Positions 12,020 to 23,729 of a DNA stretch of 64,000 bases are shown here, one piece after another. A program made the translations under genes and the position numbers. The first letter of the stretch is position 1, and each line of letters begins with the position of its first letter. The DNA is from Vicugna vicugna. Lineage: Eukaryota. The notes beneath the pieces were generated by a model. It saw nothing but the letters and a program-made list of their open reading frames with translations, was not told the origin of the DNA and searched no databases. The stretch spans positions 970,995-1,034,994 of the forward strand of contig MU058645.1 in the NCBI GenBank assembly GCA_013265495.1. The letters run 5' to 3'.

Positions 12020-12790
12020 AGGAAGAAGCCGAGGCTGCAGACCCCACTCCCCACCCGTCCTGCGGGGACAGCTGGGCAGCTTCCTTCCTCCCCGTCAAGT
12101 TCAGTGCCACCAGTCCCCGCCGCGCTCATCGGGACCGCCGCCGCGCAGGGCTGCCTGCGCTGAGGACTCACCGGGATGCCACACGGAAGTGCCTGACTCC
12201 ATCAAGTCTACAGACAAGCAAAATGATGACAAGAGATGAAAAGCTGTGCTGTCTGAAGTGGGACGGAAGCCCACACAGCGCACACAAGCTCAGAAAGTCG
12301 CTGTCAGCGTACCTGTAGCACGTAACTCTTCTACCAGAGTCAAAATGCGAATTCCCACTTGAACATTCAAGTTAAAGTGTGGCTGTGACATTTCCTGTGT
12401 CAACCTGAAGTGGCCGTTTCTCAGGACACACGACTACAAAGAGGTGGATTCAGAATGGCTGCAGACTTAAAAACCTGGGCTGGTTCCCACGCCCACAGCC
12501 GGGTCACCAGGCTCCCAGCCCCGCCCGCCCCCCAACATCAAGCCCGCGGCCAAGGGCAGGACCGCGGCCTGCGCGCTGCGGGCAGGGGCTTCCGTCAAGA
12601 CGCCGGAGGCCTGGGAGCACCGGCGCCTCCGCGCCCCTCCTCAGCTGTGTTCCTACCTCTCCCTGCCTCGCAAGGTGTGCTCCCCACCCGGAGTCCACAC
12701 GCACCGGAGGCAAAGTGCTAACCGGGGCTCACTTCTCTCCGGCAAGCGGCCGTCCTTCCAGGGCGCCCAGGAGTGGCCCCCAGTTAGGAC
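12020..12790. promoter_or_regulatory. CpG-island-like promoter; candidate non-coding first exon on the minus strand ending at 12657
   Basis: High CpG density and GC boxes (cccgcccgcccc at ~12520); minus-strand donor GAG|GTAGGA at 12656. Confidence 0.55.
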
Positions 12791-12914
12791 ACCCCCTTCG
12801 CTCTGACTAGTCCTTCTCCCAGTTCTTTCCATTGAACTGCAGTTAGGATGGGCGACATCGTGATCTCCTTTTCCTGTGGCCAGGAAACACCCACCAGACG
12901 TTAACCAGCGTGCA

Positions 12915-13215
12915 GTCACACACCAGCTCACACTCACGCTCACACATTCACACACTCACATGTCCCCTCCCACATACACTCTCATTTACTCACAGACCCT
13001 TGTACAATACACTCGCACGCTCACTTCCATGAATACACACTCACATTCACGCATACAGTTGCTCACACACACTCTTACCCAACCACATGCTCAGCCCACA
13101 CTCACTTGCACAATTACTCACACCCTCACTCGTGTGCACACACTCCCACACCATCACACATACTCATGCATGCTCACAGGCACACCTACACACACTCACT
13201 CACATGCACACCCAG
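12915..13215. repeat. CA-rich low-complexity tract (degenerate CACACT/CACA)
   Basis: Runs of cacactca/cacaca; explains the His/Thr-rich ORF at 12876-13442. Confidence 0.85.
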
Positions 13216-13409
13216 CCATGGCCAGCCCTCTGGACCCTCCACCACCGAGACCCCAGCCACCAATTAGGCAGAAGGCAGGGAGGTCAGGCTGGGGAGGCTT
13301 TGGCCGCAAGTGGCAGAGAAAGAAGCAGCTCCTTCGTCTTCTGAATTTTAAAAGCATGTCCCTGAGGAAGTGGAATGCCCTTAAGCCAGGGACATCAGAC
13401 TTGGGGAAA

Positions 13410-13610
13410 TACCCAAATTTGTTATTTCATGGATTTAAATAACAAACATTTATTATCTCAGAGTTTCTGCAGGTTAGGAGTTGGGTGCAGCTTGGCTGCC
13501 TGTCCCTGAGTCTCCCTCATGGCCGCCCCGGTGTCACTCAGGACTGCTGTCTCATCCAGAGACTTCACTGCGGGAAGGTGTTCACCTCTAAGCTCATGAC
13601 ATGGGTGCTT
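13410..13610 (-). mobile_element. Partial MLT1 LTR, inverted relative to the copy at 14600-15017
   Basis: 'aaataacaaacatttattatctcagagtttctgcaggttagg' is the reverse-strand MLT1 3' end. Confidence 0.8.
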
Positions 13611-14599
13611 TGGACTCAGTTTTGAGGGCTCAGAGAAATGCTTTCTACCCAGTGCAGAAAGTAACTGTCAAGTAAGGAAGCCAAGGGGAAGCGGGATGCA
13701 GAGCAGGTGCAGAGAAAGTCTCTCCGGCCTCAGCGCAGCCCGGGCCAGGAGGGTGCTGTGATCCTGCTGCCAGGAGGACCTGTGCTGTCCCCGTGGGACT
13801 CTGGGGAAGAAAGGGCCACTCCCTGAGGGTGCCTCGGGCAGCTCAGAACCGTTGGAGAGCCGCAGAATGGGTCTCACAAGAGGACCTGGTCACCAAAACA
13901 GTGACTTGTCAGTGGAATCCCGGGGACATATTAAAGCAGGGAACTTGTCAGGGATGCAAGTGTGGACACACGGCGGTCAAGGACACAGCTGCTGTCTATC
14001 CCCAGGAGGCTCGCTTCCACCTGCCCCTGATACTCAGATGCAACCCAGCAAAAAAAGATGAGCAATTTAGAAATGGACTGAGATTTAGAAGAACAAAAAT
14101 GAAGTGAGTTTTAGGAACAGTAAGTAGCTTACTTTTCTCAATCACCTGAGTTTGTAATTTGAAATTCTAAACTCCCACATCTACTCCTTGGTCACTGGCT
14201 TTTGTGAAAACAGTGAGAGCAGAGGAAAATGAGGGGAGAACATGGTAACTGCACCAGGCTCTACCAACGGCTGAGGACGCGGGACAAGGGAGCAGCTTGG
14301 CCCCGCCCAGAGCCTGGGAAGAGCCAGCGGAAGGGAAGGTGACTGGCTGTTTGAGATGCGCCCCTATAGAGCATGTATTCAAGGAGTTGCTCCATCTAAT
14401 GCCAGCCCAGAATCCCAGAATCGCTCAAAGAACCACCTCCTCCCTTCTTCCCTCGTTTTTGTCAAAATCATCCTTTACCCAAACATCCTTTCAGTCATCC
14501 CATAAAAATGACTGAGGTCACTTCAGTATCTCTGCTTCAGCCACATTAACGGATTGGGAGCTGTGGAAAGTTCTCACAAACAGACAAGAGCAGAGGGTA

Positions 14600-15017
14600 T
14601 GACATGTTACTTCAGAGATTAGGTTATGATGACACTCTAGCTTCTGTCTTCCAGGCCCTTTCTCACCCTCTGACACTGACTCTGAGGGACACCAGCTGCC
14701 ATGTCACGGGCTGTCATAGGGAGAGGCACACATGGCAGGGAACTAGGGACAGCCTCCAGCGGACAGTCAGCAAGACACTGAATCCTCCCAGCACCCATGC
14801 CCTGAGCTTAGAATTGGACCCTGCCCCCCAGGACAGCCTCCGGATGAGACAGCAGCCCTGAGTGACAACTGGGGGGCAGCCACGTGGGAGACTCAGGGAC
14901 AGGCAGCCAAGCTGCACCCAATTCCTAACCTACAGAAACTCTGAGATAGCCATTGTTTGTTATTTAAATCCATGAAGCTTGGGATAATTTGTTATACAGC
15001 GATAGGTAACTAAGACA
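14600..15017 (+). mobile_element. MLT1 (MLT1F-like) LTR
   Basis: 'agattaggttat...gccatgtcacgggc...cacatggcagggaact...gggataatttgttatacagcgataggtaactaagaca'. Confidence 0.85.
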
Positions 15018-16119
15018 TGCCTATCTGCTATTTCCTTTAAAAATAATTTCAGATTTTCCCTAAGATGAGGAAGAATTACTGTGTCTTTATTCATTCAATT
15101 TCTACCCAGTAAGAAATTTTATGAGCAGCTCATAAAAAACAAGGCTAGATTTAGCCTCTACCATTTAAATTACCTTTTTCATTTTCTACCCTGCTTATAA
15201 CAGGACCTTAAAACATTCTTCATACATTTTAAGTTTTTACATTTTTAATTCTTAAAAGTGGAAGAAAAAAAGAAAAAATAGAGCTATTTTCTCTGCAAAT
15301 AGTATTCATGCTCTTTAAACACTCTTTAAACAGAAAACAACAATCTCCCTCAATCTCAATTTCTAGCCTCTTGCTCTATCAAGTGTTGCAAAATTACATT
15401 TTCCCCTACATTACCTGGAAAGACTCTTCCTTTTCATATCTTATGCACTAGCTGCTCTGACAGTGCAATCTGTGCAAAATATAAAGAACCCATTATTTGG
15501 TAAATTAATGCTTTGGTTACTAAGGGTGTATTAAGGGATCATGACCCTTTTCTCATCCTGCCCCGTGGGGTGGCTGCATCGAGAATCACAGAACATCTCA
15601 ACTCATTTCAGCCAAGTCAAGACTTGGCTCGAAGCAGCATCAATAATAGAAGAGGGTGCTTTCCACTCAGAAGGCAAGTCGTGAGCAGTGTTCACAAAAG
15701 AAGGCTTTGAATCAGACTTTGTCTCCACACACAGAGCAACACGGAAAACTGAAGCGGCTATCAGGATAGTTCAAACATCTTCTCCATCAAAATCGACTTT
15801 CGCTGGAAATAGCTTGATTACATAAAAAGATGCAGGATGGGAGTTTCTGTTATGTAAGCATCCTGTGGTTCAGAATCCCCCTGCTGGCCCAGCAGACCCT
15901 CTCCTCTGTGGGACTGAGTGAAAGGCCCATTCTGTCTGGACCCTCCTGGGCAGACTTAGTCGCACGACCTTCCTCACCTCGGGCTGAGTCCCCACAGGAG
16001 GTCTGTGCGCATCTCTGACCACGAAACTCTCCACCCAGCTCTTCACCGGCCTCCTGTGGACTTCATCCTGGCACAGAGGCCTCCTGATCCCTGCCGCCTG
16101 GCTTCTCTATCCTCTTGTC

Positions 16120-16295
16120 CTGACAAGTTTTCCCTCTGGCCCTCTGGGCCACATCACTTCCTGAAATTATGGATTTACTGACTCATTTGCAAGTTATTTC
16201 TCCTCCTGGAATGTGAAATCCAGGAGGGCAGGGACTGAGACTCCACCACATGGAAATGCCAGGCACAGAGTCATCGAGTAGCAATAATGATTGAA
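16120..16295 (+). mobile_element. L2 3' fragment
   Basis: 'ctggaatgtgaaatccaggagggcagggact...atgccaggcacagag...tgattgaata'. Confidence 0.6.
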
Positions 16296-16689
16296 TACAG
16301 GAGCAGGGAGAATTAATCAGGTTGCCAAGGGGAAAAAAAAAAGGCACACCTGTGATGCACCTGCCCCAGGTAACCAGATTATGAGGATGTAAAAGAAGGG
16401 AGGTTTTTAAAAACTGGGAACATGGAAAGAAATCTTAGCACATCTGAAAATGCGAGCCGTTAGAGGACACCTTGGTGGATTATATTCAGAATCAGTGACC
16501 GATGAGGGTGCGGGGTCTGTAGCTCAGCCACCCGAGGGACAGCCCCTCACACACCTCGAGTGTGAAGAATGAAGCCATCAGCTGGGATGACACGTCCACC
16601 AGCCAGGCTCTGCATCATCCCCTCCTGTCTAAACACTTAGAGGCGGGGCCACGAGGAGCCAAGACAAATGCATGCTTCACGGCTGGTGA

Positions 16690-17240
16690 AAAATGTGTAT
16701 TCCGTGCACTGCAAAGGTGGTGATAACCTGGTAACCGGGGGATAATGAGATCGGCGGCTGTAATTGAACCTAAATAGCAATTGCGGTGAAATGACTGGGA
16801 ACCGCGCCTCATTACAGGACCGCGCGCTCAGCTCGGCCTCCGACGCCGACGCCGCGCCAGGAATCCTCTAACGATGATGTATTTCGCTGCTTCCTGTTCC
16901 TGCAGAAGCTGCGGGATCCATGTAAATGGAGCCGGCAGACGATGGCTGGACCTGGAATGTGGCTGCAGTGGAATTAGGTAAAAAGGCATCCTTTTCTCTC
17001 TGACTGACAAAGCCCTCGCCTGCGCGCCCGGCGCGGCTGGAGTTGGATCCTGGAGGAGCCTATGGTTTGCTGTGGTTGCTGCTTGAGCAGCGCTTGGCCG
17101 CGACCTTCTGCTTGTCCGTTTTCCCTGCTGTCAGCATGTCCCACCTCGGCCCCGCGTCCCATTGCCAAGCTGCCCCTTTCCCCTTCTTCTCCCGTTGATG
17201 CCGCCACGGCAAAACCCAGTTGCAACGATTTAGATACAGG
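16690..17240. promoter_or_regulatory. Non-repetitive CpG-retaining element with homeodomain-type motifs (enhancer or alternative-promoter candidate)
   Basis: TAATGA 16743-16748, TAATTG 16761-16766, CAATTG and CATTAC motifs, and CG-rich 'ccgacgccgacgccgcgcc'; no repeat similarity recognised. Confidence 0.45.
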
Positions 17241-18914
17241 GCACTGTAGCCAACAAGAGAGGGCTCTCTGGCCTGCGACAGAGGGCAAGCCCACGAAGGC
17301 CAGGGACACTCCTGCCCTCCCAGGGCCCAGAGCCCTGCCTGTCCGGGAACTGGGCCCTCTGGACCCAGGCTCAGGATGTCCTCACAACTGAGTTCATTTC
17401 ATCAGTGAAAGGGCGATTAAGATAGCCAACAGAAGAAACAATTGATTAGAAAGGAGGTTAATCGTGGGGCATAATCAAAAACAACCAGTTGGGAAATTCT
17501 TTTAATACATAATGCTGTTTACTGGAGTGAAGGGAGAGTTAGATGCTCCCAAACCACCACCGACAGTCTCTAGGATACACGCCCTACTTAGGGTCAGCTG
17601 GTCACCAACCCGAGTGCCGTCTACACTCTTAAAACCCCCGTTGTCATGTAGTCTAGTAGCTACGAGCTCTGTGCATTTGGGCTGCTCTCTGGCTGCTTAC
17701 TTTACACACCCCAGTGCTCAACAGGTAAGCATCTAACAAGTGTCGAGCCCATGGATAGTGCTGACTATCTGGGACAATCACACGGCCAATAGATAGCTCT
17801 GCCATCCTCGAAGCGTGTTGTATTTTCAAAAGAAAAAAAAATCCAAAATATTGTCCGTTTCTACGTCCCTCCCAAAGGTAAAGGTTGGCAGCTTTCAGCC
17901 ACGTTCAGAATGTGATGGATGATTAGCTGTGTCAATAAGCAAGTGGTCCACGCCTTGGACTAAGGGCACAGCACTGTCTAGTCCAGACAAGGCGGCAGGA
18001 AATATTATTAGTTAGGTTGTTCTTGGATGCCGCTATGCTGGAAGCCATGAACTTTTTTTTAATTCTGGTTTTGTTGGGTCTGTTCAGGAAGCTCCAGAAA
18101 CTCCCTCCGATTACGTGACAAACACCATGTGCTGGGAAGAAGGCTTAGATGGGGAACAGGCTCATAGCTGCTAGTGGCCCTGGAAGATTGTTTTCCTTTT
18201 TTTAAGTTGTTTCTCCAGTGGAAAAGGCAAGATCCAATCAGGTAAGTTCCAAGTATCCACACCTTCCTACCATTCTCTTGCAAAGTGGCATTTCTCCCCT
18301 CCAGGCACTCTGCGCTTGCTGCCGGGGGCCTGGCATGGCCGATGGCAATGCCCCCTCCCCGGAGCCTGGGGACCCAGGTGCTCAGAGCAGCGCTGTCCAG
18401 TTCAGCACCGTGAGGGAGGTGAGCCTCATTCTGCCCTCTCCCTTGGGGGTCTGAGGCTGCGCCACCTCTCAGGCATCTTTAGGACAGAAGAACCACCTCT
18501 GAGGAGTGAGTGGAGTGAGCCTCTTCCTTCAGGTTTGCCCTAAGCCAAGGTGGGACCACACTCAGGTTAGTCTCCCACACTGGGAAGATTTCGTTCTACG
18601 TCTTCCTGGAGGATCCGCGAGTGGCTGCCCACACCGCGTGTAGAGGTCTGCGGGCAGCTGGGCAGGCTGCAACTTCTTTTGCAAGAAGGAGAGGGCTTGC
18701 AGCCTCCCTGTGGTTCCAAAGACCCCTGCCACCTAATTATTTTTAACTTTTAGCATTCTGGCAAAGTAGACAACTCCACTTACAACTTTGCATTATAACT
18801 TAAAATTGCCTTGTGAAGAGAAAATATGGTAATATCAACTTGCTAGAGGTGCACAAAATATTTTTAAGACAGAATATTCAGATTCATTATTATTATAATT
18901 GACTGTGATTTACT

Positions 18915-19045
18915 GGATATTTACTATGTGCTAAGAAGTGTACCAGGTGTTATAAAAGTACATTACCACATCTAATCATTATCACAACTTAAGAGGAATA
19001 TTTTTTGCAAGTGAAAATAGTGAAGTTCAGAAAAGTGATGTAACT
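18915..19045 (-). mobile_element. MIR fragment
   Basis: 'atttactatgtgctaag...catctaatcattatcacaac...gaaaatagtgaagttcagaaaagtgatgtaactt'. Confidence 0.6.
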
Positions 19046-19999
19046 TTACAGATGCCTGTTTTGAATATTCAGATAGGTAGTGCTATTTCTAATTACCTAA
19101 ATATCTATTTTCTTGTTGGCCTAGTATGTTATTTTTAAAACATGAAGTGTGAATCACTTATGTCTTGAGATGTTCAGGAGACTTCGATGTTGCATTAGAA
19201 TTTCTAATCAAACCAAGGAGTACTTGCTGAAGCGTTATAACCACACCTGCCCTGTGAGATCTTCCAAGACAACTGAGTGAGTTTTAGTTCCATTATCCCG
19301 GATGGCAAATGTGGCTGAACCTCTTTTCTCTTGTTTATTATCCATTTACATTTACCTCCAAGCCATACACTTCTAGAAGGCTCTGTTCGTGGGGAGAGGA
19401 TTGAGGAGAAATGGGAATTTTAAGAAAAACTGGAGAAAAGTGAGGGGACTCTGAGTCCTTCCTGTTCCCAGCCCTGGAGGTGACCACTCTCATCCATCTC
19501 CTCTCATCCTCTCTCCCATTTTCCTGAGTCAAAATTCCTCCTCTCAGAGCCAGATCCCTCTGCCCTCGGCTGCATCACTTGTAACAAGACCTTCCAGATA
19601 TTCAAAGGCTAAGCCAGAAGGAAGACCAGAGTTTTAGACTCTGGCCCTCTCTCAGGTAGAATGCAATCAAAGGTCCACGTGATGAAATATTACACAATGT
19701 TATGTGAAACCAATACCTAATTATGGGTATCTTCCATCCCCCAGAATTTCAGTCACTAAACATTATAGACAGGTCACCTGTCACTCCAGTCCAGGGCCTG
19801 AGACTCTGCTCTGGTGCCCACTGAGAAAGAAAAGAGCAGCCCTGGTGTCCAGAGCTGGCCTGGCCCTGCATCTGAGGCTGGTGCTGCTGCAAGCTGGCCT
19901 GGCAGGCTTTGATGTTCTCCTGGAGAATACGAACTTCAGAAAACGTCACATCAGACAAGGCTACTTTGTGGCCATGATGGAGTAAGACAAGAATAAGAC

Positions 20000-20400
20000 T
20001 GTTGGTAATCATGTCTAAACAGAGACAAAACACGCACGTTGTCCAGGCCACAAAATACCAGACATCCCCCCATCCTGGCTGACGTGAGTGACAGCTTCTT
20101 CACCAGTTACAGCCTAGCCTTGATCTAGTCTTCCTTCCTTCAGATAAGATTTATTGGGACCCAGTTATAGAATTACCACCAATTCCTGACAACATCCAAT
20201 TCAGAGCAAAGCTTAAATCCTCCCCCAAATCACCCCTCTAAAGCCCAAATCCTGGAAGTCCTCTTTAACACCCTCTTACTGCCACTTCCACGGTTCCCAG
20301 TTATGTCTGTTATCCCTTAATACAACAAGTAATAAACCCTATTTGTTCAAACACAGGTGTGTGTTCCTTATGGTCTTTGGCTGGGGTGGGTAGGGGGCTG
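20000..20400 (+). mobile_element. ERV LTR fragment (MER39/MER21-like)
   Basis: Starts 'tgttggtaatc'; 3' part 'taataaaccctatttgttcaaacacaggtgtgtgttccttatggtctttggctgg' includes a poly(A) signal. Confidence 0.6.
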
Positions 20401-20594
20401 AAACCATGAAATATTAGTCATTAGGTCTAACTGACAGTTGTGGACTCCTAGCTTGGCAGAAATTCTTTAAAGAAAAGTGGTAGCAATGATACAGCTTTGA
20501 CAGGCTATGTCTGTATTCTGCCATTTCCTCACAGTCAAAGATGTAGAAGAGATAAAAGGGAATGGGAACGGTTTTCGTCCTTAAAAATAACATG

Positions 20595-21700
20595 TGCCCT
20601 GATAGAAAAATGGGCAAGGGATATGAAAAGTCAGTTCACTGGAAAGAAAAACAAATGATGCACTTAGGAAAGGATGCTCAACCTTGCTCATGATAAAGAG
20701 AATTGCTCATTGAAACTACACGGAGATGCCATTTTTCACCAGTTAGATTAGCAAAAATCCAAAAGTTTGATGACACACAGGCAAATAGGTGCTCTCAGGC
20801 ATTGCTGGTAGGGATGGAAATGCTGCAGGCCCTACAGAGAGATTTGGCAGGAGGTGACAAAATTGCATATTCACTACCCTTTGGAACCATCAGTTCCATG
20901 TTTAGGAGCCTGTACCAAAGATTCCCTGGCAGAAACTCAAAATGACATATTTACAAGGCTATTTACTTAGTACTGTTCATATTAGCAAAGAATGTTAACA
21001 ACCTAAATGTCCATCAATAGGGAGTGAGGATGATTAAAATTGAGGACAACAGAATATTACGCAGCTGTGAAAGAAATAGGGAATATCTCCCGTGGTTATG
21101 AGGTGATCTGCAAGACAGATGGTTAAGTGAAAAAAACCAAGCTACAGAGCAGCACTAGCATGCTGCCTTGCATGACAGAAAGGGGAGGGAGGGGCCAACG
21201 TCAGGAGCTAGACCTTACTGAACACACCTGAGCCAGTACTTTTGGCTTTGAATCTACATAATGCTTTACAAATTTTAAAAAGCAAAATTAATTTAAAAAA
21301 AAACTCTCAAAAAAACTGAAAATAAACCCAAAGAACATCCAGCCAGTATCTTATCCACACAGAAAAATTCTTATAATAACCTTAAAACACAGTATTTTGA
21401 TGGTATATCTTTAATGGGATCTATCCTAAGGCCAAAAATATCTGAAAGTCATCCTAAATTACTATCTCTAGCTTTTGTTAGTTACAATATTACCTTTATT
21501 TCAAAATACACACACACACTTCTGCTAGGGATAAAACAAATAATAATTGTTAGTAACATTAGGGAAAAGGTTTTCAATGTAAGAAAAAAATCTATACTTG
21601 TATTTAAAGCATTACCTAAATCTTTTATTCATCCACAATTATTTCCTTAATAATTCCTTAGGAGTAAAATTACCATATACACAATGCTTAGGTTTTAAAA
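20595..21700 (+). mobile_element. Old L1 (L1ME-like) ORF2-end/3' UTR fragment
   Basis: 'gaaaaatgggcaagggatatgaaaag...gatgccatttttcaccagttagattagcaaaaat...acctaaatgtccatcaataggg'. Confidence 0.75.
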
Positions 21701-21794
21701 AACATATTGACAAAGCAGCTGCAATGTTTTTTGAACAGTAAAAATGGTCATTTCCCATAGCCCTGCATGTTATTTTCTTTCCTTTTTTTTTTTT

Positions 21795-21880
21795 TTCATT
21801 CAACAAATATTTATTGAACCACCTACCTGTGCCAAGTTCTGTTCTGGGCATTGGGATTACAGCACTGAACAAAAATATGT
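21795..21880 (-). mobile_element. L2 3' end
   Basis: 'cattcaacaaatatttattgaaccacctacctgtgccaag...ctgggcattggg'. Confidence 0.8.
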
Positions 21881-21984
21881 TTAAAAGCCAAGAGAGTTTT
21901 AAGGCATTATTATGTTAGACTATCACTATAGAGAGGTTTTTGATAATTTAATGCCTCCTTTTTTTTTGAACTCCCAGAACAGTA

Positions 21985-23365
21985 TTTTATTTTATATTTT
22001 TTTATTTTTTATTGAAGTATAGTCAGTTACAATGTGTCAATTTCTGGTGTACAGCACAATGTCCCAGTCATATATTCATATATTTGTTTTCATATTCTTT
22101 TTCATTAAAGGTTATCAAAAGATACTGAATATAGATCCCTGTGCTATACAGAAGAAAATTTTTTAAAATCTGTTTTTGTATGTAGTGGCTAACATTTGCA
22201 AATCTCAAACTCCCAAATTTATCCCTTCCCCCCCTCTTTCCCTGGTAACCATAAGATTGTTTACTATGTCTGCAAGTCTGTTTCTGTTTTGTAGATGAGT
22301 TTATAGTGTCCTTTTTTTTTTTTTTCAGATTGCACATATGAGTGATATCATATGGTATTTTTCTTTCTTTTCCTGGCTATTTCTCNNNNNNNNNNNNNNN
22401 NNNNNNNNNNNNNNNNNNNNNNNNNNNNNNNNNNNNNNNNNNNNNNNNNNNNNNNNNNNNNNNNNNNNNNNNNNNNNNNNNNNNNNNNNNNNNNNNNNNN
22501 NNNNNNNNNNNNNNNNNNNNNNNNNNNNNNNNNNNNNNNNNNNNNNNNNNNNNNNNNNNNNNNNNNNNNNNNNNNTCTTTTCAAATTAGAGTACCCTCAA
22601 GATATATACCTGGAAGTAGGATTGCTGGATCAAATGGTTAAGTCTATTTTTAGTTTTTTGAGGAATCTCCATACTGTTTCATAATGGAAACAACAAACTC
22701 CATTCCCACCAGCAAGGTAGAAGAGTTTCCTTTTCTCTACATCCTCTCTGACATTTATTGTTCAAGGACTTTTGAATGATGACCATTCTGACCGGTGTGA
22801 AGTGATACCTCTTAGTTTTGATTTGCATTTCTCTGATAATTAGTGATATTGAGCATTTTTTCATAGGCCTATTGGCCAGTTGTATGTCTTCACTGGAGAA
22901 TTGCTTGTTTAGGTCTTTCGCCCATTTTTGGATTGGGTTGTTTGTTTTTTTGTTATTAAGTTGTATGAGCTGTTTATATATTCTGGAAATTAAGCCTTTG
23001 TCAGTTACATCATTTGGAAATATTTTCTTCCACTCCGTAGGTTGTCTTTTGGTTTTGCTTATGGTTTCCTTGGCTGTACAAAAGCTTATAAGTTTAATTA
23101 GGTCCCATTTGTTTATTTTTGCTGTTATTTCTATTGCCTAGGTAGACTGCCCTAGGAGAACATTGTTAAGATTTATGTCAGACAATGTTTTGCCTATGCT
23201 TTCTTCTAGGAGGTTTATAGTGTCTTGTCTTACATTTAAGCCTTCAAGTCATTTTGAATTTATTTTTGTGTATGGCGTGAGGGAGTGTTCTAACTCCATT
23301 GATCTATATGCTGCTATCTGGTTTTCCCAACACCACTTGCTGAAGAGACTCTTTTCTCCATTGTG
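21985..23365 (-). mobile_element. Relatively young 5'-truncated L1, containing N gap 22386-22575
   Basis: T-rich tail then L1 3' UTR; ORF track 22679-22864 ([17 protein letters not shown]...) matches the L1 ORF2 C-terminal region. Confidence 0.9.
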
Positions 23366-23729
23366 TATTTATTTTCTTTTTCTACTGGTTTCTAACATGA
23401 TAGTTGAAAACAGTAGCTTGTTGCTATTCTAGTTTTATTTCTTAGATTGCTAGTGAAATAGAAAGTTCTTCAGATGTGTCTAGCCACTCAATATCCTGTG
23501 TGTGTGTGAAATGTCTGTTCATATCTCTTGCCTACTTTTTCCTTCTACATGTGTTGAATTTTATATTTATTTTACCAATCCCATTATGTACTTGACCTTT
23601 ACTGTAAGCTGCCCTGAATGCTTTTAGGAAGCAGACAATATATGAATAATAAATAAATAAGAAAAGTATTGTTGTTAAGTAAATGTTACTTGAAAAATCC
23701 TTGTATATGAGGGACTGTGATGGGGCTTT

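Noticed and set aside
13400-13425. Apparent micro-inversion at the outer end of the left MLT1 arm
   Set aside because: It aligns equally well in the direct orientation to the MLT1 end ('aaatacccaaa') with a small insertion, so no inversion is needed.
12876-13442. 188-aa His/Thr-rich ORF
   Set aside because: It is the translation of a CA-rich low-complexity tract and runs into an MLT1 fragment.
16520-16545. RE1-like 'tcagccaccgagggacagcccc'
   Set aside because: The left half has an extra base and the spacing is non-canonical, so the match is too poor.
19749-20051. 100-aa Gln-rich minus-strand ORF with a plausible acceptor
   Set aside because: Its 5' part lies in an LTR, I recognise no protein similarity, and it cannot be linked in frame to other exons.
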